Part shown: positions 1 to 11,936 of the stretch, piece after piece
How the letters are laid out: every line of letters starts with the position of its first letter
How positions within the stretch are numbered: position 1 is the first letter of the stretch
Source: a phage
Length of the DNA stretch: 64,000 nucleotides
Direction: 5' to 3' (one strand)
Assembly: GCA_022520065.1 (NCBI GenBank)
Contig: GCA_022520065.1_3942.1
Notes under the pieces: model-generated
Seen by the model: the letters and a program-made list of their open reading frames with translations, nothing else
The model's database searches: none
What the model was told of the DNA's origin: nothing
Translations under genes and position numbers: made by a program

Positions 1-1
1 T

Positions 2-2171
<2,170 letters not shown>

Positions 2172-2173
2172 TA

Positions 2174-3346
2174 ATGGCAGTAGGTGAAATTCAAATTAGT
2201 GCCTTGCCTCAAGCATCCTTACCAATTGACCTTAGTGATATCTTCCATCTTAAGCAGGGTATTGAGGATAAGAGGTGTACTCTTGAGCAATTACTTGCTC
2301 CACACGCAAGCCTAAGAAATAACCCTCATGGTGTTACTAAAACACAAATTGGTTTAGATAATGTTATTAATGCTCTTCAGTTAGTCGCTGCAAATAACTT
2401 ATCAGATATTGTTAATGTAGCTGAGGCAAGAGCAAATCTACAGATTATGTCTTCAGAAGAGGTTAATAACCTTGTCCAGCAACATATCAAGGACAAGAGT
2501 AACCCACACAATACAACTAAGGCACAGGTTGGTTTAAGTAATGTTCAGAACTGGACAACATCTAATCTGTATAACGAAGATGCAGATAAGTATGCTACAG
2601 CAAGAGCAGTAAATAACTTGTACAAGGCTGTTCAGGCTTCTTATCCAGTAGGTGCTATCCATCTTTCTATGAACTCTGCAAACCCTTCCACATACTTAAT
2701 TTGTGGAGGTACTTGGGAGTTAGTTTCAAAAGGCAGGGCATTGGTTGGCTATGACTCTGATACAAGACCAGCAGGTTCTGTATTTGGCGCTTCAACTGTC
2801 ACTTTGTCAGTTAATAACATGCCTCAGCACTCCCACTCTGTGTCTCTTAGCGGTGGTGGTCACACTCATAATGCAACTGTGTCAATTTCAGCTTTTGATT
2901 ATGGGACTAAGACTACAAACTCTTTTGACTATGGGACAAAAGCTACTAACACAACTGGTAACCATACACACAGTGTGTCAGGTAACACTAGCACCAATGG
3001 TACTCACAACCATGATGTGTATCCTAGAGAAAATGATGGCACTGGTAATGCTGTGGCTGACTCTGATGGTGGTGGTGCAAGAAGGACATCAAGGACTTCT
3101 AGTGATGGTGCGCACTCACACAGCTTTAACGTCACATCTGGTGCATCAGGTGACCACAGCCACACGGTTGGTATTGGTGCTCACAGTCATACAGTTGGTA
3201 TTGGTTCACATACGCATAGTGGCACTGTAACAGTTTCTTCTTCTGAACATACACATAGTGGCAATACAAATAGTGTTGGTGGAGGTCAGGCAGTTAATAT
3301 TGAACAGCCATCCTTCGTACTGTATGTATGGCAGAGAACAGCTTAA
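2174..3346 (+). CDS. tail fibre protein with C-terminal HxH-repeat tip
   Basis: Repeated HSHxVGIG / HTHS motifs and FDYGTK repeats; C-terminal region paralogous to 3393..5747; both end in W-x-RTA. Confidence 0.7.
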   Translation: MAVGEIQISALPQASLPIDLSDIFHLKQGIEDKRCTLEQLLAPHASLRNNPHGVTKTQIGLDNVINALQLVAANNLSDIVNVAEARANLQIMSSEEVNNLVQQHIKDKSNPHNTTKAQVGLSNVQNWTTSNLYNEDADKYATARAVNNLYKAVQASYPVGAIHLSMNSANPSTYLICGGTWELVSKGRALVGYDSDTRPAGSVFGASTVTLSVNNMPQHSHSVSLSGGGHTHNATVSISAFDYGTKTTNSFDYGTKATNTTGNHTHSVSGNTSTNGTHNHDVYPRENDGTGNAVADSDGGGARRTSRTSSDGAHSHSFNVTSGASGDHSHTVGIGAHSHTVGIGSHTHSGTVTVSSSEHTHSGNTNSVGGGQAVNIEQPSFVLYVWQRTA

Positions 3347-3355
3347 TTTCTTTAC

Positions 3356-3376
3356 AGGGGCTTTATAGCCCCTTTT
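3356..3376 (+). terminator. intrinsic terminator-like hairpin between fibre genes
   Basis: AGGGGC-tttata-GCCCCT followed by TTTT. Confidence 0.45.
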
Positions 3377-3392
3377 AAGAGGAAAATTTATA

Positions 3393-5747
3393 ATGGCAGA
3401 TTACAAATTGAGTGAGCTAAACTCAATCGACACAATCCGTTCAGATGACCTTCTTCATGTCAGAGTTAAAAAGAGACCTGAAATGCTGGGTGATGAAGAC
3501 CGTCGAATGACCTATCAAGATTTCTTAGCATCTTTTAAGCTTGAAAGATTTGTTCAGATTGCTGGTAGCACTATGACGGGTGACTTAGGAATTGTTAAGC
3601 TACTTTACGGTGGCAAGGCTGTATTCGACCCCACAGGCTCTTCTGAGATTACTGTTGGTGATGTTTTAAAGACTTTTAAAATCAACGCAAACGGCCTTAA
3701 ACTAACTATTGCAGACGCTTCAAGGTCGGCAACTGTTTATCATACTTTGAATAAGCCAAGCCCTAATGAACTTGGGATGAGAACTAATGAAGAGAATGAC
3801 GCAAGGTATGCAAGACTAGCCGTGAATAATACCTTTAGAGGTACTCAAGCTATCCTCTCTGACAATGAAGCGCTCATTATTAAAAATATCACTCAAGGTG
3901 CTCCACTCTATCTTCGTGGTCAAGATGCAGATGGTACTAACAGATGGTATCTAGGTAATGATAATAGGGGTACAAATAATCTTGTATTGAAGAATGTAAA
4001 GTCTGACGTTTCAATTGCTATTTTAGAGAATTTGGTGACAGTCAACAGAACTCTTCAAATTGCTGGCCAAGTTCAGCCTTCAAGTTTTGCTAACTTAGAT
4101 GCTAGGTATTTTACCCAGACAGCAGCTAATCAGAGATTTGCGCAGTTAGCTGGCAATAATACATTTAGTGGTTCTAATATTTTCACTAATTTTGTTATTA
4201 AGAAGAATGCTAATGCTATTACTATTCAAAATGTAGATACAACTGCGGCTTTGTATATCCAAGCAAGGAAATCAGATGGAGCTAATAAGTGGTACATTGG
4301 TAATGATGGTGATGAAAACATTGTAAACATCTATAACTATTTAGCAAAAACACAAATCTCATTAGGTAACACCATTACCATGAGCAGAACAGTCCAAATT
4401 GGTGGTCAAGTACAACCTTCTGATTGGACTAACATTGATTCTAGATATATTCCGGCAGCCACTTTGAGTAATCTCCCTAAACTTAATGTGTCTAATACTT
4501 TTACAAATGTGCAAACTATTGTATCTAACAACGAGGGTTTGGTATTAAGGAACTTGACACAGGGGCAGCCACTATATATCCGTGGTGTTGATACTGAGAA
4601 TGTTTCTAGATGGTGGTTAGGTGTAGGTGGTCCAAACTCTAATGTGGTAACACTTAACAACAACTATTCTGACACTAAAATCTCACTTGGTGGCTCATCA
4701 GTAATGACTAATAAGAGCTTAGCTATTACTGGTCAAGTACAACCTTCTGACTTCTCTAACTTAGATGCTAGATACTATACCCAAGCTGCCGCAAACGCAA
4801 GATATATGCTTGCAAGCATCACTGGTTCGGCTTCTGAAGCAGATGGTGGTGATGGTGTTGCATGGGATGCAAAAACAGGTCTTTATAAGGTTACTAACAC
4901 CACTGGACAGTCTTCTTCACTTGTATATCACATGTTTTTAGGGACTAGTTCTACACCATCTGCACAATTAAAGTTTTCGTTTAAAAATGGTGGGATGTGG
5001 TATAGAACATCAAGAGATGCCTATGGCTTCGAAGTTAATTGGTCTAAAGTTTACACGGAAGCACAAAAACCAACCCCTTCAGAGATTGGTGCATACACTA
5101 AAGCTGAAACTGACCAGAAAATTGCAACAGCAATTAGTGACTCTACAGACCTTAACAAAATCTATCCAGTTGGTATTGTAACGTGGTTTAACAGTAATGT
5201 TAACCCTAATACAGCACTCCCTGGTCTAACTTGGACGTACCTGAATAATGGTGTTGGTAGAACTATCAGAATCGCAGCAGCAAACGGTTCAGATGTTGCT
5301 ACAACTGGTGGTTCAGATTCTGTGACATTAGCTGTTGGTAACTTACCATCACACACTCACAGTTTCTCTGCTACCACTTCATCTTTTGATTATGGTACGA
5401 AGAACACTAACAGTACTGGTGCACATACCCATTCAGTTAGTGGTACTGCTGCATCTGCTGGGCAACACGCACACAGAATTTCACAGGGTGACAACGCTAA
5501 CGTTTCATCAGGTAGAGTCGCATCTTCAAACTCTGCTCAGACCCATGTTGGTTGGACTGAAAATGATGGTGTTCACACCCACTCAGTTAGTGGTACTGCT
5601 GCATCTGCTGGTGGACATGCTCACTCTGTAGGTATTGGTGCTCATAGCCACACAGTTAGTGGTAACACTGGTGGTACAGGTTCTGGTTCAGCATTTAGTG
5701 TTACTAACCAGTTCTACAAGTTAATGGCTTGGGTAAGAACTGCTTAA
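3393..5747 (+). CDS. large tail fibre protein (three internal repeats plus HxH tip)
   Basis: 784 aa; three repeats of ~110 aa each ending in Q(I/A)xGQVQPSxFxNLDARY; C-terminal FDYGTKNTN and HSHTV repeats shared with 2174..3346. Confidence 0.75.
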   Translation: MADYKLSELNSIDTIRSDDLLHVRVKKRPEMLGDEDRRMTYQDFLASFKLERFVQIAGSTMTGDLGIVKLLYGGKAVFDPTGSSEITVGDVLKTFKINANGLKLTIADASRSATVYHTLNKPSPNELGMRTNEENDARYARLAVNNTFRGTQAILSDNEALIIKNITQGAPLYLRGQDADGTNRWYLGNDNRGTNNLVLKNVKSDVSIAILENLVTVNRTLQIAGQVQPSSFANLDARYFTQTAANQRFAQLAGNNTFSGSNIFTNFVIKKNANAITIQNVDTTAALYIQARKSDGANKWYIGNDGDENIVNIYNYLAKTQISLGNTITMSRTVQIGGQVQPSDWTNIDSRYIPAATLSNLPKLNVSNTFTNVQTIVSNNEGLVLRNLTQGQPLYIRGVDTENVSRWWLGVGGPNSNVVTLNNNYSDTKISLGGSSVMTNKSLAITGQVQPSDFSNLDARYYTQAAANARYMLASITGSASEADGGDGVAWDAKTGLYKVTNTTGQSSSLVYHMFLGTSSTPSAQLKFSFKNGGMWYRTSRDAYGFEVNWSKVYTEAQKPTPSEIGAYTKAETDQKIATAISDSTDLNKIYPVGIVTWFNSNVNPNTALPGLTWTYLNNGVGRTIRIAAANGSDVATTGGSDSVTLAVGNLPSHTHSFSATTSSFDYGTKNTNSTGAHTHSVSGTAASAGQHAHRISQGDNANVSSGRVASSNSAQTHVGWTENDGVHTHSVSGTAASAGGHAHSVGIGAHSHTVSGNTGGTGSGSAFSVTNQFYKLMAWVRTA

Positions 5748-5754
5748 TCCCTTG

Positions 5755-5783
5755 TTGACTGATTGTTAAGATGGTGTTAATAT
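5755..5783 (+). promoter_or_regulatory. sigma70-like promoter TTGACT-N17-TAATAT
   Basis: Hexamers at 5755-5760 and 5778-5783 with 17-nt spacer; inverted repeat AGATGGTG/CACCATCT (5770-5807) spans the -10. Confidence 0.45.
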
Positions 5784-5826
5784 TCTTTATGGGTATTCTC
5801 ACCATCTTGGCTGATGAGGTGATTAA

Positions 5827-6024
5827 ATGCCTACAATCCTAGCAATTCTTCTAAAAAATCTAGGTAGCTTCTTCTGGAAACTCATTTTATCCCTTCTAAG
5901 TGAATACATGATTGAGAAAGTGTTCTTTAAGCTTGCAAGATACCTTGCGAGTAAAACAGACACACCTATTGATGATGAGTTCGTAGATAACTTAGAAAAA
6001 GCTTTTAAGGGGGAGAATAAATGA
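5827..6024 (+). CDS. small hydrophobic protein
   Basis: 65 aa, hydrophobic N-terminus; ATG preceded by GAGG. Confidence 0.4.
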   Translation: MPTILAILLKNLGSFFWKLILSLLSEYMIEKVFFKLARYLASKTDTPIDDEFVDNLEKAFKGENK

Positions 6025-6392
6025 AGTGGCTAGAGGAAGCTTTTAAAAATAATATTGGTGCAATTGTAGTTGGTATTTTTAGTGTTATTGGGATGTATAC
6101 CACCATGCAAGTTTCGGATGGTAAGCAAGAAGTGTCTGTCACAACAAAGTTACAGCAGCTAGATAATTACAGCAAAGCTAATTACTCAGCTATTCGTGAT
6201 TTACAGTCTGACATGAGACTGATTCAGCTAGGGATGGAGAACCAGAAAGTTCAGTTAGAGAATGTTAAGGGCGAGAACGCAAAACTTACTAAAACCCTTG
6301 ATAAATTCTCTGACAGCGTGAACAATCTGGCTCAATCAGTATCAGCCTTGCAAGCTATTACTGAAAAGAACACAAAGAATACTGAAAAATAA
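6021..6392 (+). CDS. membrane-anchored coiled-coil protein
   Basis: N-terminal TM-like segment (IGAIVVGIFSVIGMY) followed by heptad-rich region; ATGA overlap with upstream gene. Confidence 0.45.
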   Translation: MKWLEEAFKNNIGAIVVGIFSVIGMYTTMQVSDGKQEVSVTTKLQQLDNYSKANYSAIRDLQSDMRLIQLGMENQKVQLENVKGENAKLTKTLDKFSDSVNNLAQSVSALQAITEKNTKNTEK

Positions 6393-6399
6393 AATTTAA

Positions 6400-6426
6400 G
6401 GCTCCTTTTTTACGGGAGCCTTTTTT
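6400..6426. terminator. bidirectional intrinsic terminator between convergent genes
   Basis: GGCTCC-loop-GGGAGCC with T-run on + strand and A-run upstream (T-run on - strand). Confidence 0.6.
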
Positions 6427-6430
6427 GTTT

Positions 6431-7330
6431 TTACTTGCCTACTGACAGAGGTGCTTCAATCTTTCCTGCATGTTGGTAGTTGTTAATGCCACCAATAAAA
6501 TCACTTGCAGTAAGATGTTTCAGGTCACTTAAAGTATTAAGTGGTAGACCAATCTCAAAAGTTGGTGCATGGAACTCTTCATTGTTCAGTAGTTCATAAA
6601 CCTGTTTCATGTGGTTCTGATAAATCTGAGTATCTCCAAAGACACCTATCAAGTACCGTGGAGTGTGTCCAGTCATCTTACAAAGAACTTCCAGAATAAA
6701 ACCATAAGATGCAATATTAAACGGGAGTCCTAAAAAGGTGTCTACTGAACGCTGATACCATTGTAAGTCAACTTCACCCTCGTTAGTGATATAAATCTGA
6801 AACAGAACATGACAAGGTGCTAAAGCCATTGAGTTTGCTGCAATATCTGCTGCATTCCAAGCATTAACAAGCATGTAACGGTCTGTGATATCACCCTTCA
6901 TCTTCGTTACTAAGGTCTCTAGTTGGTCTACAACACAACCATTATGACCTTCAAAGTTTCTCCACTGAACCCCATAAATCCTTCCACCTGCATCATCTAA
7001 CCAATCTTGTTCAGAAGAATAATTAGAGCTTAACCAGCGTTTAAAATCATCTGACCAGATAGTCCAGCGTTCTCCGTCATTTTCACCCCAAGTACGGTAA
7101 CGAAGTTCGCCCAACTTATTCTCGCCATTCAGGAACCATAAAGCTTCCCCAATAACTTGCCGTGTAAACACCTGTTTAGATGTTAAGAGCGGGAAACCAG
7201 TTCGCATATCAAAACGAAACTGAGGTGGAGCAAATGCAGATATAACATCTCCAGTTCGTGTAGTACGCAGTTCACCAACGGATAAAACATGGTTCAGGAT
7301 ATTTTTGTAACTTGTATCTGCTTGTGACAT
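6431..7330 (-). CDS. thyA: thymidylate synthase
   Basis: Motifs GFPLLTSKQ, EALWFLNG and catalytic PCH (ALAPCHVLFQIY). Confidence 0.9.
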   Translation of the reverse strand: MSQADTSYKNILNHVLSVGELRTTRTGDVISAFAPPQFRFDMRTGFPLLTSKQVFTRQVIGEALWFLNGENKLGELRYRTWGENDGERWTIWSDDFKRWLSSNYSSEQDWLDDAGGRIYGVQWRNFEGHNGCVVDQLETLVTKMKGDITDRYMLVNAWNAADIAANSMALAPCHVLFQIYITNEGEVDLQWYQRSVDTFLGLPFNIASYGFILEVLCKMTGHTPRYLIGVFGDTQIYQNHMKQVYELLNNEEFHAPTFEIGLPLNTLSDLKHLTASDFIGGINNYQHAGKIEAPLSVGK

Positions 7331-7331
7331 A

Positions 7332-7877
7332 TCAAAAGTGTCCTTTCACTTGTGGAACATAAATTTCAAAAGTTGCTTTACCATCCTCTGATGGTTTTGA
7401 CTGTACCTTTGTAAATACACGGTTATCATACAGCTTCTCAAAGAAGTTTTCAAAAGGTAAATGCACAGTGGCCTCTTCAGTAACTTTATGGAAAACTGTA
7501 TGGAAAACTACACCAGCATATGGTAAAGCATTGACAAGGACACCTGCACCACCAATTACAAAGACATCTTCATCAATAGAGCTATCAAGATAGTTCAAAA
7601 ATGCTCCAAAGGATTCTTTACTGGCCTTAGCATACATTACCTCATCTTTGCCAAAATCTATACCTAAGTATGGTACAGAATTTGTTAAGATGAGGTTTGC
7701 ACGTTCTGGTAAAGGTTTACTACCCAGAGTCTTGAAAGTCTCATTCCCCATCACTACTAAGTTGTTTTTAGTAAGTCTCTTAAACTCTTGCATATCCTGT
7801 TTATGTCGAGGCCACGGCATACCAGTTGGAGTACCAAACTCACCATTTTCACCACTTGCAAAGATTAATTTAATCAT
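7332..7877 (-). CDS. frd: dihydrofolate reductase
   Basis: 181 aa; N-terminal IFASGENGEFG...MPW pattern; immediately upstream of thyA as in T4 frd-td. Confidence 0.8.
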   Translation of the reverse strand: MIKLIFASGENGEFGTPTGMPWPRHKQDMQEFKRLTKNNLVVMGNETFKTLGSKPLPERANLILTNSVPYLGIDFGKDEVMYAKASKESFGAFLNYLDSSIDEDVFVIGGAGVLVNALPYAGVVFHTVFHKVTEEATVHLPFENFFEKLYDNRVFTKVQSKPSEDGKATFEIYVPQVKGHF

Positions 7878-8134
7878 TTTGTAAACCCTTTCTTAATGAA
7901 CCAGTTGATAACATTTTTCACAGCTTTATTGCTATGGTAGATTAAGTGTGGTGCTGGTTGGTATGAACCATAAGCCCAGAAAGCAATAATTTCACTACAC
8001 CCTGTACACCTTGTACTCTCTTCAGCAATATGACCGTTGACTATTTCACTTACCTCACCTTGTAAGTCTGTACACCCACAATGTGGACAACGGATAGGTG
8101 CTCCATCAGACTCATAGCAGTGTTCAATTTTCAT
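7874..8134 (-). CDS. small zinc-ribbon protein
   Basis: CPHCGC ... CTGC cysteine pairs. Confidence 0.45.
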   Translation of the reverse strand: MKIEHCYESDGAPIRCPHCGCTDLQGEVSEIVNGHIAEESTRCTGCSEIIAFWAYGSYQPAPHLIYHSNKAVKNVINWFIKKGFTK

Positions 8135-8650
8135 CTATTTAACCTCAAAAACTGGCTCAAGAACCAATATAAAGTCTACACAGTCATCTTCTTCATCAAG
8201 AATACCATCAAAGTTCTTAGGAACGAAGTCGAAGAGACTCATAGAGTAGCGGTTAGAAGTAATCCTGATAGTTCCTCCGATATTCTCTACAGTTAATATT
8301 GTACGGCTTTCTGTTACCTCACTAAGAAGATTACTCACAAAGTCATCTAAGAAGTGCTTCATCAGTGACTTAAAACCTTTAGGGTAATCTGTACCAGAGT
8401 ATGTTTCAATCTGAGGTACAAGCTTAACATTTATACTAGTCTTTGTTAAGAATGTGTTAGAGAACATACTATCAGGTAACTTGCAAACAGTCTTTCCAGT
8501 ACCTTCATGCTCAATCTCAACAAAACCAGCTTCGTCGCCACATGTGACTATTTTAAAAGATGCTTCATTCTCATACTGTGAAGCCATAAACTTTTTAAGC
8601 ATCTCTTTAAGGAAATCTGCATGAGCATCTTGTAAGTAGATATCAATCAT
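8135..8650 (-). CDS. hypothetical protein
   Basis: 171-aa ORF, tightly packed in leftward operon. Confidence 0.5.
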   Translation of the reverse strand: MIDIYLQDAHADFLKEMLKKFMASQYENEASFKIVTCGDEAGFVEIEHEGTGKTVCKLPDSMFSNTFLTKTSINVKLVPQIETYSGTDYPKGFKSLMKHFLDDFVSNLLSEVTESRTILTVENIGGTIRITSNRYSMSLFDFVPKNFDGILDEEDDCVDFILVLEPVFEVK

Positions 8651-8663
8651 AGTTAATCACCTA

Positions 8664-9023
8664 TTATGGGAACAAACACTTAATGTCGTCGTTTTTGAAA
8701 ACGAAGCTTGTGTAGTTGTGACCGTCAACATCCAGCCAAACAGCCTGAACATCTACACCATCAAGATTGTGGTAAAGTTCTTTGATGAAGTGGTCTTTCA
8801 CAATCTGGCTGCTAGTTGTCTCCAGCTTAATGTTTGAGATTGCTGAACCTACAGCCATATAACCCATGACACGTTTCTTCTCAGTGTGCTTAATCTTACC
8901 ATCTTTGTAAGCCATAATGAGATTGGAAAGAATCTTCACACCATAATACTTTTCAAGGTGAGTAGGTACACCATAAAAGCCTAATGCAAAGTTTTCAGAG
9001 TGGATAATGTTTTCACGTTTCAT
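8664..9023 (-). CDS. hypothetical protein
   Basis: 119-aa ORF in operon. Confidence 0.5.
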   Translation of the reverse strand: MKRENIIHSENFALGFYGVPTHLEKYYGVKILSNLIMAYKDGKIKHTEKKRVMGYMAVGSAISNIKLETTSSQIVKDHFIKELYHNLDGVDVQAVWLDVDGHNYTSFVFKNDDIKCLFP

Positions 9024-9024
9024 A

Positions 9025-9354
9025 TTAATCTGCCAACCTTAAATTAAAATTTACACCAAATTTTTCGCATACTTCCAACATATACTCAAGCGAGACATTA
9101 CCAGTAAGGTGGATTATGTTGGACACACGAGCCTGAGAGATACCACAAATTTTAGCAACTTGCTCTTGAGAAAGACCTCTGGATTTAATCTCTCTCTTAA
9201 AACGATGTGCAACGAAGTCTCTCATTTCGTCTACATCCATTGGACAAATATAACTCTCCATTTCAGCCTCTCTGTCAGCCTCCCAATCATCTTGTGGAGC
9301 ATAAGGGTCAAAAACCTCATTCATCTTTCTTCTTCCGTTTGCGTGAAGTGTCAA
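9025..9354 (-). CDS. HTH (XRE-like) DNA-binding protein
   Basis: C-terminal helix-turn-helix-like LSQEQVAKICGISQARVSNIIH. Confidence 0.55.
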   Translation of the reverse strand: MTLHANGRRKMNEVFDPYAPQDDWEADREAEMESYICPMDVDEMRDFVAHRFKREIKSRGLSQEQVAKICGISQARVSNIIHLTGNVSLEYMLEVCEKFGVNFNLRLAD

Positions 9355-9529
9355 TCAATGAATCTATGTTTGTAGCCCTAACCTTTTCACGTTCATCGTT
9401 AAGATAATCATCAAGAGCCTTTTCAATCTGTGAATCATCTTGACAGATAACTGTAAAGACTGTAAAGCCGTCTGTATCGTCAATTATCTTACCATAACCG
9501 CCTCTGGGATGTAACTTTTTAAGAGCCAT
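9317..9529 (-). CDS. hypothetical protein
   Basis: 70-aa ORF overlapping downstream gene start. Confidence 0.35.
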   Translation of the reverse strand: MALKKLHPRGGYGKIIDDTDGFTVFTVICQDDSQIEKALDDYLNDEREKVRATNIDSLIDTSRKRKKKDE

Positions 9530-9530
9530 A

Positions 9531-9914
9531 TCAAATACCTGTGCAGCTTCTGTTTTCTAAGAAATATTCAACACCGTACATAGCTTTTTGCATCAAATCT
9601 TCTTTAAACTGGATACGGTGGTTGAGCATCGCCTGTACATCAATATCGTCATGGTGTTTCTCTTTAATGTTTGCAGATTGCAGGAAATACTCTGCAAGAA
9701 CACGATACTGGTAGTCAGTCACCTTATCAGTCATCTCTGTCAAAGACTCTTCAGAGATGGGTTTAAGTAACTCACCATTAGCTAGAGCAACACCTTTTAC
9801 AATCTGGCAAGTGTCTACTGGAACACCTGATAAATCCACATTTGGAAGTTCTGTTGCATTAACTGGTAAATTCATTGCCATAACCATTGCAGCAGCTAAT
9901 AAAACCTTTTTCAT
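9531..9914 (-). CDS. secreted protein (signal peptide)
   Basis: N-terminal MKKVLLAAAMVMAMNLPVNA signal-like sequence. Confidence 0.5.
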   Translation of the reverse strand: MKKVLLAAAMVMAMNLPVNATELPNVDLSGVPVDTCQIVKGVALANGELLKPISEESLTEMTDKVTDYQYRVLAEYFLQSANIKEKHHDDIDVQAMLNHRIQFKEDLMQKAMYGVEYFLENRSCTGI

Positions 9915-10030
9915 AATGACCTCAAAGTTATATTAAATTTTGTATTACATTGAGTATAAAAATAAGCTATAACACCTGACTTGTCAACAGATTTTATAGC
10001 TTATTTGGCAGATTTTTTATAAGGCTACTG

Positions 10031-10104
10031 CCATCCTTCCATACCCTACCTTACCACACCCAACCATACCTAACCAAACTACACCATACAATACCTTATT
10101 AAAA
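10031..10104. repeat. G-free, C/A-rich tract of degenerate (N)ACC repeats
   Basis: 74 nt without a single G on + strand; second similar block 10161-10200. Confidence 0.6.
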
Positions 10105-10483
10105 GACCCTCTTAAAGACCTTTTAAAAAGGTAAGTCTCATTTTAATGTAGCTGAGACTAACTACCCATACATTACCGCACCATATTATACCCTACCCCA
10201 CCATACTTCACTGCACCGAGCCACGCATTACATCACTTAAAAACCCTTTTCAAAGACTCTTAAGTGATGCTGGTGAGTACCCGTTGGTTTATGATGCTCA
10301 GTATACTCACCAAATTTTCTATGTCAACAACTTTTATAAAAAAGTTCTGATAGCTATATGCGTCACGAAACAAAAGATTGTAAACAAGACACCCATTGCA
10401 AAAGATGTGTCCAAAAGCTTACTTGCAACGTATGACAATACAAAGACAACCAGTATAAATAGAATGACTGTACTGAACATAGT

Positions 10484-11587
10484 TTACTCATAATCCCTAA
10501 TAACTAGCCCTACAGGAAACTGTAAAGAACCTTTACGAGTCATCTTCTGGAACTGAACAGTTAAAGGTTTCCCGATAAACTCTTCAGGATGTTCAGCAAG
10601 ATACTGTTTCTTCTCGTGTGTAGTTTTCCATGAAACATCTACAAAGACGTTAGGAAGAGTCTCTACAACGAACTTACCATGACCACGCTTATCGGTCTTT
10701 ACACCAGTCACTTTAAACTCTTCAGTGTGCATCTTCTTGTGCTTAATCAAGAAGTATGAACGGTGACAACACTCATAGAAGGAGTCTTCAGAGATTGAAC
10801 GGTACATTGCACCTTCAAACTTAGCTTCAACCCACTTATCATGAGCTTCATCAAACTCTTCCCAAGAATTTACACGACGAGATTTAACAGGAACAACTTT
10901 ACAGCCGTCTCTAAAGTCATTCAATGGTGAAGTCTCAATAATATCTCTACGCTCAGGCCACGTTTTAGTACTGTCACAGATATCATACCAGTAGAACTTA
11001 AGTGAGTGTCTGTCAGGATTGTCTTCATTTTTAATCATAGAGACAATATCTTCTAAGTCCCACCCATGAGCATAAATCTCACCATCAAATTCATCAACAT
11101 CTTTATGGAGCCTCAACATTGCCATAATGTCAGGTATTAGCTCAGTAGGAATTTTATAAATAGTGTTCTCACGAGAATATGCTGTAAATACACTGCCAAT
11201 ACTCAAGTGTCTTGAAATTCTACAACGGACACCATCAAGTTTTGGTTGAGCATCAGCAGGGAACTTCAGATACTTTGCATGGCTAACCTTTGCAGCATCA
11301 TGAGCAAGCTGTACACCTACCTTCTCAGTGTTCTGTGCAGACTCTTTTGTGTAAGCATAACCTTTGCGGTCTACTTGCTTTTTATACTTAGCAGCAACTT
11401 CAAAGAGAGCTTGCTGTTCAGCATTACGCTCATTCTTTTTACCGATGTTCTTAGGCTCTGCTGTGTACTCTTCAAACATCATCTTGCCATTTTCTTTACC
11501 GTAGGTTGTAATAACTTTGTCACCTACAGCAACGCATGACCAGACGTTGAAGGAACCGTCTTTATTTTGTTTGTACAGAATTGTCAT
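10484..11587 (-). CDS. ATP-dependent DNA ligase
   Basis: KLDGVRC (motif I), EFDGEIY, FEGAMYR, LIKHKK; start moved to ATG 11585-11587 with GAGG RBS (track start 11623 overlaps upstream gene). Confidence 0.75.
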   Translation of the reverse strand: MTILYKQNKDGSFNVWSCVAVGDKVITTYGKENGKMMFEEYTAEPKNIGKKNERNAEQQALFEVAAKYKKQVDRKGYAYTKESAQNTEKVGVQLAHDAAKVSHAKYLKFPADAQPKLDGVRCRISRHLSIGSVFTAYSRENTIYKIPTELIPDIMAMLRLHKDVDEFDGEIYAHGWDLEDIVSMIKNEDNPDRHSLKFYWYDICDSTKTWPERRDIIETSPLNDFRDGCKVVPVKSRRVNSWEEFDEAHDKWVEAKFEGAMYRSISEDSFYECCHRSYFLIKHKKMHTEEFKVTGVKTDKRGHGKFVVETLPNVFVDVSWKTTHEKKQYLAEHPEEFIGKPLTVQFQKMTRKGSLQFPVGLVIRDYE

Positions 11588-11792
11588 TTTTAACCTCTGA
11601 GTGATACCAAGTGTCACAAGCATTACATGCGTAAAGCTCTAAGTCGTTTTTATCTGGTTTATGGAAACAGTTTGACCCACAACGACACCGGAATAACTTA
11701 CCATCAACACGAAGAATGAATGTTTCAAGCTCACCCTCTTCTGTAAGGACGGCGTTATTATATTTGTTATCTTTATCCATTTGTACTCTCAC
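11562..11792 (-). CDS. small zinc-ribbon protein
   Basis: CRCG ... CNAC cysteine pairs. Confidence 0.4.
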   Translation of the reverse strand: MRVQMDKDNKYNNAVLTEEGELETFILRVDGKLFRCRCGSNCFHKPDKNDLELYACNACDTWYHSEVKNDNSVQTK

Positions 11793-11936
11793 CTGTGTCA
11801 GATTTCATATAAGACCTGTCGCTAAACCTTTTAATGAAATGTACAACGCATTTCGGTGTATCTTTTGCATCTTTGATGTGCGACCTTTCGAAACTGCGCA
11901 CTGTGAAGGTTGCATCTGTCATTGTTTGCTTAGATT

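Noticed and set aside
6431-7330. dCMP hydroxymethylase instead of thymidylate synthase
   Set aside because: ThyA-specific motifs (GFPLLTSK, EALWFLNG, PCH context) and the adjacent DHFR gene favour a canonical thymidylate synthase.
6431-7330. Group I introns interrupting thyA or the nrd genes (also 25186..31437)
   Set aside because: All of these read as single continuous ORFs of expected length; no split exons were seen.
9915-10483. tRNA genes in the long intergenic gaps (also 45501-45988 and 52011-53627)
   Set aside because: No GGTTCGAATCC-type T-loop or acceptor-stem pairing was found by eye; cannot fully exclude without tRNAscan-type software.
10284-10493. Track ORF 10284..10493 as a gene
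   Set aside because: It sits on the + strand inside the intergenic region of a leftward operon, overlaps the ligase 3' end and has no RBS.
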